A stretch of DNA of 64,000 nt from contig NC_082708.1 of NCBI RefSeq assembly GCF_030144855.1, forward strand, positions 36,580,001 to 36,644,000. The letters are read 5' to 3'. A program made the translations under genes and the position numbers. Source of the stretch: Hypanus sabinus (lineage: Eukaryota). The notes beneath the pieces were generated by a model. It was not told the DNA's origin. It searched no databases and was given only the letters and a program-made list of their open reading frames with translations. Each line of letters begins with the position of its first letter. Position 1 is the first letter of the stretch. Positions 1 through 12,880 of the stretch are shown in pieces.

Positions 1-275
1 CGTCAAGCTGCGTGAACCTATTGATGGTCTGGCTATAGTCCACGACCATCCTATTTTTCTGCCAGGTCCGAACGACAACCACCTGGGCCCTCCAAGGACT
101 TGTGCTTGGCTCAATGATCCCTTCCCTGAGCAGCCGCTGCACCTCCGACTGAATGAAGACCCTGTCCCCCGCGCTGTACCTCCTGCTTTTAGTTGCCACA
201 GGTTTACAGTCGGGGGTCAGGTTGGCGAACAGCAATGGGGGAGGGATCTTGAGGGTGGAGAGGCTGCAAGTGGTG

Positions 276-800
276 TCAGTAGCGCAGCTGTTGGCATGGT
301 GCTGGATGGGATGCGCAGGTCGGTGTGTGTGTGTGTGTGGTTAGTAGCGGGGTATACGACGAAGTCCCACAAAACTGAGGATTCCTGACAGTGAGTGGTG
401 GGAGGGTCCCATCATATGCCATAGTCACACTTTTGAGGTGGCTCTGGAAGTCCAGCCCCAATAGTACAGGTGTACACAGTTGAGGCATGACCAGTAGCGC
501 AAAGTCCCGATATTCTGTGCCCTGCACCACCAATGTCGCTACACAACCCCCCCAGATGTCTGTGGAATGCGACCCAGAAGCCATGGTGACCCTCTGGCTT
601 ACCGGCCATGTCACAAGTCCGCAGCGTTGCACTGTGTCCAGGTCAATAAAACTCTCAGTGCTGCCCGTGTCAAACAGGCAGCTCATCCTGTGCCCCTCCA
701 CCAGGATGTCCATCATTGACCTTGCAAGCTGGTGTGGGGCACTTTGGTCGAGGGTTCCAGAGGCCAGAGTTGAATTGCTGTCTTGGTGCCTGGTAAGCAC
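276..800 (-). pseudogene. Gypsy retropepsin (aspartic protease) segment of pol
   Basis: CLFDTGSTESFI and VLLGLDF motifs. Confidence 0.88.
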
Positions 801-1022
801 TCACGGGTCGGAGGCAGAGTGAGGTGGCGCCGACAAAGATGGCTGCCCCCATGTCTTGCACGAGGCGGGCAGGCAAGATGGCGGCCCCCATGCCTCATAC
901 ACGGCGCTGCTCGACCCCGCTCGTGGTTCAGACTTACAGACCTTGGCGAAATGGCCCTTCTTTCCACAGCTGGAGCAGGTAGCATCTCCGGCCAGGCAGC
1001 GTTTTTGGGGGTGCTTTTCGAG

Positions 1023-1706
1023 TCAGCAGGAGTAACACTGCACGGACTTGCGACTGGCAGCAGCTGTGGTTGGTTTCAGGGAGTTCGTGGACTCGCAAGT
1101 GGCAACAGCGGTGGTCGATTCGCTCGCGGGTGGCGGGGTCTGCGGCGTCCACGGAACCGGTGGGGGATCGCGCAGCTGGACAGCGTCAGCGTTGTGCAGA
1201 GCAGCCTGCAGCGTATCAGCCAGCTCGATCGCCAAGTGTGAGGTAAGATCAGCATTTTCCAGCTGTCGCTGGCGCACGTACACTGACCTGATCCCCATAA
1301 CGAAGGCGTCTCATACCAGGAGCTCCGCATGCTGTTCCGCCATCAGTCCCCTGCAGTCGCAGGCCCGCACGAGTGTCTGTAGGGCCAGGACAAACTCAGC
1401 GCTCGACTCTCCAGCCCTCTGCCGCCGCGTCGCTAAGTGATGTCTTGCATAGACAGTGTTCACCGGCCGCAGGTACTGTCTTTTGAGGGCATCCAGTGCC
1501 CCTTGGTAGGTCAGCAGGTCCCTGATAAGGGAGAATACTTTCAGGCTGACCCTGGAAAGGAGGATTTTGTGCATGATAGTGGGCTCAGTCACTTGAATTT
1601 CTTCCAAGTATGATTGGAAGCATGCAAGCCAGAGTTCAAAGGCAAGAGCTGCTTCTGGAGCTTGAGGGTCCAAGTCTAATTTTTCAGGACATAAAATACT
1701 CTCCAT
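1023..1706 (-). pseudogene. Gypsy gag, interrupted by a stop codon
   Basis: MESILCPEKLDLDPQ...ARHHLATRRQRAGESSAEFV...ACDC, stop at 1311-1313, then GIRSVYVRQRQLEN in the same frame. Confidence 0.85.
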
Positions 1707-1732
1707 GTTTTAAAACTTACAGCGAATAAAAT

Positions 1733-1975
1733 TGATGCACCATCAATAACTCTTGGAGATGTGAGGCAAGATATAGGCTTTTATTCGCTGGAAGAGAGCA
1801 GTCAGCAGCAAGAGATCCCCACACGACATCCTGGAGACTGAGGGAGGAGTCGTGCCTCTAATCGCCTTCATACAGGGGTCTGTGGGAGGAGCCACGGTCA
1901 GTGGGAGGAGCCACAGGAGCAGTCAGCGGGGGGGGGGGGGGGGCGTGTCCAGACAGGTAAATGTAGTTCACCACA
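1733..1975 (-). repeat. 5' LTR of the Gypsy element
   Basis: TG...CA termini (TGTGGTGAACTAC...GGTGCATCA on the minus strand), AATAAA near the 3' end, and homology to the solo LTRs at 28272 and 44791. Confidence 0.92.
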
Positions 1976-2549
1976 AAAAGACACCTTCCAGTTTCAACAT
2001 CTTCTCTACCAGCCTCCTCTTTCAACCCACAGACACCGGGGAGTCCCCGAAGTTGACTGACTCAGCTGTCAACTTCACCTCCTTTTCCAAAAGTTTCTCC
2101 CCAGCTTGTCTCAGGGAGACCAGACATTACCGTCACTGGGAACAGGTGCGCCGGGGCATCTCCTGCTTGGAAGAGACCTCCCCCTTTGTAGTGTTCCTGA
2201 CGATCACCGCCACCCTGCTCACCTGTACAACTGAGGGCTTCTGCTTTGCTATTACAGTTTGTGCAATTGGAAGGCATTCAAAGGATCTATATCAACATAT
2301 AGTAGCATTGGAATGGGAAGATCTAGTCAACACATCCACAAGTAATGAGTGATCTGAGCTCTTAACCATTCTGTTGTCTAAAATTTTCAAAATAATTGAA
2401 GGGAAATTAAGGGATATTAAAGCACATGTGTGACCTTAAAACTGAATTGTTTGCAAGAGAATAGGCCTTACCCTTTTACAAAGCAAATGATCTTTGCCAA
2501 TCTTTCCTGTTGTTCAACGCCACCCTTAGATGGTAAAAGTCCATGACAA

Positions 2550-2860
2550 AAACACAGCAAATGCTGGAATCTGGGTTAACAAAAGCAATCTCCTGGGGGA
2601 ACTCAGCAGGTCAGGGAGAATCTGTTGTGGGAAATGGGTAGATAAGGAGGGATAATAAAAGGTTGACCACTACTGCTCACCTAGATCAACCTATTACTTG
2701 CTATCTCTTGCCCTACCCCTTTTCCCTACCTCTTTACACTGGCCATCCCAGCTCTGTCTTTGAGTCCCAATTAAGTCTCTCGGCCCTAAACATCAACTAT
2801 CCATCTCTGTCCACAAATGCTGCCACTGGTTGAATTCCTCCAGCAATTTGTTTTTTGTTT
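2550..2860. repeat. Degenerate Penelope-derived fold-back element
   Basis: gcaaatgctggaatc...gaactcagcagg at the left end and the inverted ttcctccagca at the right end. Confidence 0.55.
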
Positions 2861-2884
2861 TGTTCCTATAAAATATGGGTTGCT

Positions 2885-3145
2885 TTCCTATATCTCAACA
2901 GAAGTAGGCAGTGACATTATAAAATTCACCACATCATTGAATGTGCCAACATAGCTTTTGGCAGTCTGAAGACAAGAATGCTTGTAGATCAAAACCTTAA
3001 ACCAGGCACAAAGTCCTTGGTTACTAGGCAACAGTGATACCTGCCCTCCTGTGGCTTTTGAGACTAACAATTAGAAACAATTAGACATTAGAAAATTTTC
3101 CATATCCGCTGGCAAGATAAACCAACATCAGAATCCTCCACATGC
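2885..3145 (+). mobile_element. Old RTE-clade LINE RT fragment
   Basis: Degenerate translation resembling AFGSLK.R...QNLKPGTK...VIPALL.AFET and HIRWQDK. Confidence 0.5.
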
Positions 3146-3719
3146 TAACGTCCACAGAAATGATACTTGTTCTGTTGCTGGGGATGATCATGTATGTAAG
3201 TATTTAGCTTGTACAGCAGAGAGCCAATCCCTACCCTGTAGATGGATGTGATTGCACTGCTGTCTGTATGGACATGTCATGCATAAAATTGGTTGCAGCG
3301 TTAATCCCAATTATAACTAAGCTTCAAAAATATTTAACTAACCTTGCAACACCTTGTGCAGTTGTGAGGTTGTAAAAGGTACTCTAAGCCTTCTTGGAGC
3401 CTTCTTCATTTCATACGTGAGTTCACCTACTTCATTTTATTTTTGATTTTTCTAGAGGTAAAGCACAGTAACAGACCCTTCTGGCCCAATTGCACATGTG
3501 TGATCAACTAACCTACTAACCTGTGTGTCTTTGGAATGTGGTAGGAAACACACACGGTCACAGGGAGAATGTAAAATCTCCTTACAGGCGGAAATGGAAT
3601 TGAAACTGAGTTGCTGGCACTGTAACAGCATTATGCTAACTGCTATGCTACTGTGCTGCCCCTTTCTACCTACCTTCGTAGAAAAAGATTGGAAACTGGA
3701 GCAGTTTTAAATAACGAGA

Positions 3720-4380
3720 TTGAATGATGTTGGTATTTGAAAGGAACTGGGCAACCTCAATCACAGGAATTTAACATTCGCAGGTAGTGGATGTGATCAG
3801 GAAAACATGGTATTTTTCCCTCTATTATAAAAGGATTTAAATACAAGTGTAAAAAGGTCTGACTGAAATTATTAGTGCATCTGGGATATTGTGATACTGC
3901 TTATTGGTGTACTGGGATATTGTGTACGGGTCCAGCCTTCCTACCTGAAGAAGGATATTCTTGCAAAGGAGGGAGTGCAACAGATTCACTATCTTGATTT
4001 CTGAAGTGTGGCATTTGCTTATGACAGAGATAAAGCAGGTTTGTTCTATAACTCCTATTTTACAAACTTGAGGGGCTTGATGGAGTGGACATGAGTCTGA
4101 TTTTTCCCCTGTGTCTGGTCTGTCCAAAACCATGTTCAGAATGAGTGTTCATCTCAGGACTCAGTTGCAAAAGAAATATCTAAAAACAGGATAGAAAATT
4201 TTTGGAATGCTCTATCCAAGAAGGCCTTGGAGGCAGGTATGTTCAAAGCAGATATTGATACAGGTTTTGGATATTAAGGAAATGGGGTTATTTAAGGAAA
4301 ATGGCACCAAGAGAAATGATCAGCCATGGTCTTATTAAATCTCAGAGCATGCATAAGGGGCAAAATTCCCTACTTCTACT
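3720..4380 (+). mobile_element. Degenerate CR1 LINE 3' fragment
   Basis: Remnants of the YCVQ/LKKDI region and the FWNAL...gatcagccatg 3' end. Confidence 0.6.
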
Positions 4381-6826
4381 CCTGTTTCATAAGTGCAAAG
4401 CTCACACATTACTCATCAAAGCATTTTATTCCTGCTGATGATGGTGCTGCCTGGCTCTTGTTGGAAACCATCTACTGTAATTCATCAACCACCATTCTTC
4501 AACGATGGCAAGAAAATGTGCAGTCATGAGCATGGCACTGATGGTCTTAGGAGGGGTGGGGGTCTGCTGACTCATCTCTCTCGGACTTGAGGGTATGGCC
4601 CAGATCCTGCCACCCAACAAACTGCTCTTCACCACTGGGCTGGCTGCCTCCACAGAAACTCCCAGGCAGCCCGTCATTCCTACAAACATTATAGTTATGG
4701 AAGAGGACTTCTGGTCAAGATGATGACAGTATACAACACTCACTCTGTCAACATCTTCCAAATAGCTCACAAAATGTCTTTTTAATTTATTTTATGTCTG
4801 TTTTTTCACCTTAAGTGTGTTTCTGGGACTGTTAGAGCCTGTGATTTACAGTTTGAAGATTGTTTGAATGATCACTGTCTCTGAGAAAATTCTGGAAGCA
4901 AGCGTGTATTCAGACAGCCTTGACGAGAAGGAACTTCAAGATGGGGCCTAAGCTGATATTTTACTCCATTTTGCCATTTAAAGCATCCATGACCATGAAT
5001 CACCAATTAAAGCATCAAGGAAGATTGAGACATTGAGGTGAATGTGGAAGGCAACCTAGAGTTCAGGACTGACAGCCTTGCCTTTGATATCTGCTGAAGA
5101 AGGAATCAGTGAGAGGTCTATCGCTGTGGCAGGTGGGTAGGCCTCTCTGTTTCGTGTGATGACCCTCTCCTTCGATGACTGGCAGTGAAATCGGAGGACG
5201 GTTTCGTGGTTCTGCGGTTACAGATTGGACTATTACGTTTGTTGACTGTGGACCTTTTTCCAACTTACGGTTTTTATCGTCCAGTCCTTTTCTGTTTTGT
5301 TGTGCAAGGGGAAGGTATTTGAGGGCTAATGTTCTGTTAGTTTTTTGTGCAGGGAAGGGGTTGTTTTTTGGTGGGGTTCGATGTTTCTGTTCTATTTTGT
5401 GCGAAGTGAGGGATTTTTGGAGTTGATGATCAGGATGCCGTATTTTTTTCCTCGGGGGGGGGGGGTGGTGTGGGTTTGATGTTTCTCTCTGAACAACTTT
5501 TATGCTCTTTCTTTGTTTTGTGTCTACCTGGAGAAGGCAAATTTCAGAATTGTATATGGACACGTGCTTTGATAATAAATTAACCTATGAACCTTTGAAA
5601 ATTTGTCACCGGTCAGTAAAGCGTAACACAAGTGAAAATATTGATGACCAGTTACACTCAACTGAGAGGGTGAGTCAGAAAACAAACACATATCTGCTCA
5701 GGCATATTTGAACACCATATACTTTTCTAAGAAAGACAAGAAGCAACTTTTACCCATGCCTGAAAGAAGCACGAGCCCTTTTGTAAATAGTAATGAAGGA
5801 CGTAACAACGACTTAGGGTTTCCACTGCAAATCTAGTTTGTTCTGAGGTGTTGTTGATTGTGTTCATGGGATCTTAATGCTACAAAGAGGAAGGATAAAA
5901 TATAAACCATGGGATCATAACATCTCACTTTTCTCTCCCTAATTAACACAATTCCTTCTTAGCCTTTTGTATTTCTTGTGCTGTTGCAGCTCCAGCCAAG
6001 ACTGTTCTTTGCATTGAGAATTCAGATTAACTGCAGATGCTGGAAACCTGAAACAGTAAATGTTGGAGACTCGGCAAGGCAGACAGCATCTGTGCAAAAG
6101 CAACAACTTTGGGTGTGTGTCTCTTTGTTAGCAACACCATTCTGCAGCAGGGTTCTATTTGGCTACACCGAGGCAGGGATGGTAAGGAGCCATGCTCTGG
6201 AGTATCCAAGATGAGAATGATATGATATGAGATTAAGTCAAAGACAGGTTCCTAAACTAGACGCTAGATGAGAATCCGAAGTAAAGTTGACAATTCGGCT
6301 CCAAACCTCGTTCAGGTGCTCTTTAAATATTAAAATCCTGGCACCAAAACAGGGCCTCCAATTTGGTGGGGTGGACCTGAATCTTTAAAGGGGCTGCATC
6401 AGCTATCTGTATTCCAGAGATTGGAGTGTCTAAACCCCAGAAGCTGGCATGGTCGGGTGCGTAGTGTGACAACAGCTGTAGGTTTAAGCATGTTGCCATT
6501 CATTTTTGCCATTATGGCCAAAGATACGCTGACAAATGATGTCTCTGTCTGAGGTCTAACATCAAGAGCCCTGGAGCTTGATTGGAGATGGTGAACAGAT
6601 GGTGTGGCAACTGAAGATAATGGTCTCCTCCTGTGAGGCTTTAATATTCTCCAGTATCTCAGGGTGGGCTAACAGATGACTATTATGAAGAGTACTTTAT
6701 AAATATAAATAACAGACAGCAGAGGGTAATTATACAAAGCAACATACACAAAATGCTGGAGGAACTCTGCAGTTCTAGGTGTCGGTACGAAATGACTGTT
6801 TGCTCTTTTCCATAGGAGCCGCCTGG

Positions 6827-9800
6827 CAATAGACAATAGGTGCAGAAGTAGACCATTCGGCCCTTCAAGCCTGCACCGCCATTTTGAGATCATGGCTGAT
6901 CAACTACTATCAATACCCGGTTCCTGCCTTGTCCCCATATCCTTGATTCCCCTATCCATAAGATACCTATCTAGCTCCTTCTTGAAAGCATCCAGAGAAT
7001 TGGCCTCCACTACCTTCCAAGGCAGTGCATTCCAGACCTCCACAACTCTCTGGGAGAAGACGTTTTTCCTTAAATCTGTCCTAAATGACCTACCCCTTAT
7101 TCTCAAACCATGCTCTCTGGTACTGGACTCTCCCAGCATCTGGAACATATTTCCTCCCTCTATCTTGTCTAATCCCTTAATAATCTTATATGTTTCAATC
7201 AGATCCCCTCTCAGTCTCCTTAATTCCAGCATGTACAAGCCCAGTCTCTCTAACCTCTCTGTGTAAGACAGTCCAGACATCCCAGGAATTAACCTCGTGA
7301 ATCTACGTGCACTTCCTCTACAGCCAGGATGTCCTTCCTTAACCCTGGAGACCAAAACTGTACACAATACTCCAGGTGTGGTCTCACCAGGGCTCTGTAC
7401 AAATGCAAGAGGATTTCCTAGCTCTTGTACTCAATTCCCTTTGTAATAAAGGCCAACGTTCTATTAGCCTTCTTCACTGCCTGCTGCACTTGCTCATTTA
7501 TCTTCAGTGACTGATGAACAAGGACTCCTAGATCTCTTTGTATTTCTCCCTTACCTAACTGTACACTGTTCAGATAATAATCTGCCTTCCTGTTCTTACT
7601 CCCAAAGTGGATAACCTCACACTTATTCACATTAAACGCCATCTGCCAAGTATCTGCCCACTCACACAGCCTATTAAAGTCACCCTGAATTCTCCTAACA
7701 TCCTCATCACATGTCACCCTGCCACCCAGCTTAGTATCATCAGCAAATTTGCTGATGTTATTTTCAATGCCTTCATCCAAATCGCTGACATAAATTGTAA
7801 ACTGCTATGGTCCCAATACCGAGCCCTGTGGCACCCCACTAGTCACCACCTGCCATTCTGAGAAACACCCATTCACCGCTACCCTTTGCTTTCTATCTGC
7901 CAACCAGTTTTCTATCCATGTCAATGTCTTCCCCCCCGATGCCCTGAGCTTTGATTTTACCCACCAATCTCCTATGTGGGACCTTATCAAATGCCTTCTG
8001 AAAATCGAGGTACACTACATCTACTGGATCTCCCCCGTCTAACTTCCTGGTTACATCCTCAAAAAAAAAACTCCAACAGATTAGTCAAGCATGATTTACC
8101 CTTGGTAAATCCATGCTGGCTTGGCCCAATCCTATCACTGCTATCTAGATATGCCACTATTTCATCCTTAATAATGGACTCTAGCATCTTCCCCACCACC
8201 GATGTTAGGCTGACAGGTCGATAGTTTTCTGTTTTCTCCCTCCCTCCTTTCTTAAAAAGTGGGATAACATTAGCCATTCTCCAATCCTCAGGAACTGATC
8301 CTGAATCTAAGGAACATTGGAAAATGATTACCAATGCATCCACAATTTCCAGGACCACCTCCTTTAGTACTCTAGGATGCAGACCATCCGGACCTGGGGA
8401 TTTGTCAGCCTTCAGTCCCATCAGTCTTCTCATCACCATTTCCTTCCTAATGTCTATCTGTTTTATTTCCTACGTCCTTGGCCCATCCATACATCTGGGA
8501 GATTGCTTGTGTCTTCCTTAGTGAAAACAGATCTAAAGTATCATTAAATTCTTCTGCCATTTCTCTGTTTCCCATAACAATTTCACCCAATTCATTCTTC
8601 AAGGGCCCAACATTGTTCCTAACTATCTTCTTTCTCTTCACATACCTAAAAAAGCTTTTGCTATCTTCCTTTATATTCCTGGCTAGTTTGTGTTCGTACC
8701 TCATTTTTCTCCCCGTATTGTCTTTTTAGTTAAGTTCTGTTGTTCCTTAAAAACTTCCCAATCATCCATCCTCCCATTCACCTTAGCTCTGTCATACTTC
8801 CTTTTTTTTAATGCTATGCAATCTCTGACTTCCTTTGTCAACCTCTGTGGCCCCTTTCCCCCCTTTGAATCCTTCCTTCTCTGGGGGATGAACTGATTTT
8901 GCACCTTGTGCATTATTCCCAAGAATCCCTGCCATTGCTGTTCCACTGTCTTTTCTGCTAGGCTATCTGTCCAGTCAACTTTGGCCAGCTCCTCCCTCAT
9001 GGCTCCATAGTTTCCCCTGTTCAACTGCAACATTGACACCTCTGAGCTGCCTTTATCCTTCTCAAATTGCAGATAAAAACTTATCATATTATGATCACTA
9101 CCTCCTAATGGCTCCTTTACTGCAAGATCACTTATAGACAATAGACAATAGACAATAGGTGCAGAAGTAGACCATTCGGCCCCTCGAGTCTGCACCGCCA
9201 GTCTGAGATCATGGCTGATCATTCACTATCAATACCCAGTCCCTGCCTTGTCCCCATATCCCTTGATTCCCCTATCCATCAGATATCTATCTAGCTCCTT
9301 CTTGAAAGCATCCAGAGAATTGGCCTCCACCGTCTTCCGAGGCAGTGCATTCCACACCTCCACAACTCTCTGGGAGAAGAAGCTCTTCCTCAACTCTGTT
9401 TTAAATAACTGACCTCTTATTCTCAATCCATGCCCTCTGGTACTGGACTCTCCCAACATCTGGAACATATTTCCTGCCTCAATCCTATCAAATCCTTTAA
9501 TTATCTTAAACGTTTCAATCAGATCCCCTCTCAATCTCCTCAATTCCAGCGTGTACAACCCCAATCTCTCCAATCTCTCTGCGTAAGACAGCCCTGCCAT
9601 CCCAGGAATCAACCTAGTAAATCTATGCTGCACTTCCTCAATTGCCAGAATGTCCTTCCTTAAACCTGGAGACAAAAACTGTACACAATATTCCAGGTGT
9701 GGTCTCACCAGGGCCCTGTACAAATGCAAAAGAACATCCTTGCTCTTGTATTCAATTCCCCTTGTAACAAAGGCCAACATTCCATTTGCCCTCTTCACTA

Positions 9801-10815
9801 CCTGTTGCACTTGCTCATTCACCTTCATTGACTGGTGAACTAGGACTCCTAGGTCTCTTTGCATTTCTCCCTTACCTAACTCGACACCGTTCAGACAATA
9901 CTCTGCCCTCTTGTTCCTGCTTCCAAAGTGGATAACTTCACATTTATTCACATTGAATGACATCTGCCAAGTATCTGCCCATTCACTCAGCCTATCCAAG
10001 TCTCCCTGTATTCTCCTAACATCCTCTTCGCATGTCACACTGCCACCCAGTTTAGTATCGTCAGCAAACTTGCTGATATAGTTTTCAATGCCCTCATCTA
10101 AATCATTGACATAAATCGTAAAGAGCTGTGGTCCCAATACAGAGCCCTGTGGTACCCCACTAGTCACCTTCAGCCAGTCTGAGAAACACCCATTCACTGC
10201 TACCCTTTGCTTTCTATCTGCCAACCAGTTTTCTATCCATGTTGAAACCCTGCCCCCAATGCCATGAGCTCTGATTTTACTCACCAATCTCCTATGTGGC
10301 ACCTTATCGAATGCCTTCTGAAAATCTAGGTACACAACATCCACTGGCTTACCCTCATCTAACATCCTTGTTACACCCTCAAAAAACTCCAACAGATTAG
10401 TCAAGCAAATTATCAAATTTATCAAATCCTGTTCATTACATAACACTAAATCCAGAATAGTCTTGTCCCTGGTCGGCTCTCGTACAAGCTGTTCCAAGAA
10501 TGCATCCCGTAGGCACTCTACGAACTCCCTATCCTGTGGTCCAGCACCAACCTGATTCTCCCAGTTCACCTGCATGTTGAAATCCCCCATAACTACTGCG
10601 ACATTACCTTTGCCACATGCCAATGTTAACTCCCTATTCAACTTGCACCCAATATCCATGCTACTGTTTGGTGGCCTGTAGACAACACCCATTTGTGTCC
10701 TTTTGCTCTTACTGTTCCTCAGTTCTATCCACACAGACTGTACTTCTCCTGACCCTATGTCCCCCCTTGCAAAGGACTGAATCTCATTCCTCACCAACAG
10801 GGCCACCCCACCCCT
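6827..10815 (-). mobile_element. Young CR1 LINE (ORF2 APE+RT, frameshifted); outer element of a nested pair
   Basis: ORF fragments with KSPGPDGLHPRVLKE, NYRPVSLTS, GVPQGSVLGP and KFADDTKL; (TCTATTG)n tail at about 6827. The APE motif VMGDFN lies at 10407-10815 and is continuous with DLAVKEPLGGSDH at about 9130. Confidence 0.95.
9135..10406 (-). mobile_element. 5'-truncated CR1 LINE nested in the outer CR1, same orientation
   Basis: Open RT C-terminal frame CLTNLLEFF...YLDFQKAFDKV...FADDTKL...GYGDKAGTGY; (TCTATTG)n tail at 9135-9157. Confidence 0.95.
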
Positions 10816-11769
10816 TAGCCAACAAGCCTGCTGAGTTCCTCCAACATTTTGTGTGCATTGCTTTGGATTTCCAGCGTCTGCAGATATTCTCGTGTAGAGG
10901 GCAGTGATACAGTGATAGAAAATATATTGTGCAGCAACTACATGAATTCTGCAAATATAAAACGTGAATTGATGAAAAGCAAATTATCTTATTGAAGATG
11001 CAGGAAAGGCACATTTATCAAAGTAGATGCATTAAATAGGAATTAGAGAAACAAATGTCCAATTAAATCCTATGTTGAGAAGCGGAAAGTGATTTAGAAA
11101 ATCCAGGAAGCATGGCAACTTAAATAATCTGGAAAGTTAAAGTGAATTGGTCAATTTGGCTGATTTTTGTCTTTATATAAAAAAACATTTACACTGTGGC
11201 ATTGGCAATGAAATAGAACAAATTGGGACTTCTAGTGGATTAAAAGATAACATATGACAAAATCAGTTCTTGATTTTTCTGTATCAAAATCAAAAACCTA
11301 CATGACTTTCTTTAGAATGTCTGCAGAAATTCCTTAGGGATTTATTATAGTCACATTTACAAAGATATAGTGAAAATTTTGACTTGCTACTGTTCATACA
11401 GATCAAATCATTACAAAGTGCATTGAGACAGAAGTAGGTAAAACAGTAACAAAATGCAAAATAAATTGTAGAGAAAGTGCAGTACAGGTAAATAAAAAGG
11501 TGTAAGATCATAACGAGGTAGATTGTGAAGTCAAGAGTCTATCTTGTACTAGAGAACCACGCATTAGTCTTTTAACAGCAAGATAGAAGTTATCCTTGAG
11601 CCTGGTGATATATGCTTTCAGTCTTTTATATCTTCTGCCTGCTGGAAGAGTTGGGGAAGAGAGAATACCTCAGGTGGATGGGGTCTTTGTTTGTACTGGC
11701 TGTTTTACTGAAGCAGTGAAGAATATAGTCACAGTCCATGGCTGGAAGCTGGTTTCCATTATGTGCTGA

Positions 11770-12395
11770 CCAGTGACCTGGTTGAATGGTGCCACAACAA
11801 TCTCTCACTCAACATCAGCAAAACCAAAAAGTTGATTATTGAATACAGGAGGAAGAATCCAGAGTCCATGAGCCAGTCCTCAATTGGTGATTGGAGATGG
11901 AGAGGATCAGTAACTATAAATCCTTTGGCATTACCGTATCAGGGAACTGCCTGGGACCAGCAAGTAAGTACCATCAAAACAAGGCACAGTAGCATTTCTA
12001 CCATATTAGAGGTTTGTGCAGATTTGGCGTGTCATCTAAAACTTTGACAAACTTCTATAGATGCACAGCAAAGAGTATCTTCACTGGTTGCATCACGACC
12101 TGGTATGGAATCACAATGCCCATGAACAGAAAAGCCTACACAAATGATGGACACAGTCCAGTCCATCACAGGAAAAGCTCTCCACACCATTGGGCATATC
12201 TACAAGGAGCACTGTTGCAGGAAAGCAGCATCATCAACAAACATTCCCACCATCCAAACAATACTTTTCCCACTGATGCTACTGGGAAATGAGAATTGGG
12301 TTCGCTGTTCTATGGTGAACACCTGCAGGAAAATGAAACTCAAGGCAGTATATGGTGATATATATGTCCTGTGGTAATAAATTTACTTTGATCTT
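11770..12395 (+). mobile_element. Rex1/Babar-type LINE 3' fragment
   Basis: LVEWCHNNLSLNISKTKKLII, KTLTNFYRCTAKSIFTGCITTWYG, and an aataaa tail. Confidence 0.8.
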
Positions 12396-12484
12396 CGACT
12401 GTAATTTCTTGAAATCATGTGCAGAGCAGTTGCCATACCAAGTTGTTATGCATACAGATAGCATGCTTTCTATGGTGCATCACT

Positions 12485-12880
12485 TCCAAGAGAACCACAA
12501 AATTGTCGTGGTTTGGAAGCTTAAATGCCTCAGTGACCTGGAGAGCTATGCTGGCAGGAGTCAGGGTTTTATGCTTTGGCTCTGGGTAGAGTCACCCATG
12601 CCAAACAGGTCAAAGGGTAGAGTCCAGACTAAGAGTGTCCAACGGTCCTCCAGGTTTGGGGGTTCAGATGAGGGCTAATGACTTCTGACTGGTCAAACAA
12701 ATCTGCTACAGAAACAGCAATAAAGGATCCTTCTACACCTGTGTACAACAGTATTCCTGAGTTTCCACACAGGACTTGATGGCTGACAGTAGTGAAAACC
12801 GAGAGGAAGTTACTGGCATGATGAAGGAAGCCCTGAACACTGCCATCTGTATGGTTGGACCAGGACAGAATATAGGAGAT
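12485..12880 (+). mobile_element. Probable RTE (Expander/Rex3-like) 5'-region fragment
   Basis: ggagagctatgctggc...cccatgccaaacaggtc...ccagactaag resembles RTE 5' UTR sequence (recognised from memory). Confidence 0.4.

Larger units (their letters stand above)
1..1975 (-). mobile_element. Ty3/Gypsy LTR retrotransposon, 5' part (LTR, gag, protease, start of RT); continues beyond the window start
   Basis: Gag-like ORF 1706-1311 continues past an in-frame TGA into 1298-1023. Aspartic protease motif LFDTGS lies in ORF 800-276. The minus strand of 1-130 reads PWRAQVVVV..RMVVDYSQTINRFT (Gypsy RT N-terminus). LTR at 1733-1975. Confidence 0.93.
6735..10895. repeat. Penelope-derived fold-back element split by CR1 insertions (arms about 6735-6826 and 10825-10895)
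   Basis: caaagcaacatacacaaaatgctggaggaactc on the left, and its reverse complement gagttcctccaacattttgtgtgcattgctttgg on the right. Confidence 0.75.

Noticed and set aside
1852-2352. 166-aa plus-strand ORF
   Set aside because: It starts inside the antisense LTR, crosses a G-run and has no recognisable domain.
5063-5563. 166-aa basic minus-strand ORF
   Set aside because: It is the antisense of a T/G-rich repeat 3' UTR; the composition is an artefact.
6125-6471. Possible solo LTR ending gtagtgtgaca
   Set aside because: I could not define the other terminus or a TSD.
9229-10806. 525-aa ORF as a host gene or intact ORF2
   Set aside because: It is a chimera of two CR1 copies.
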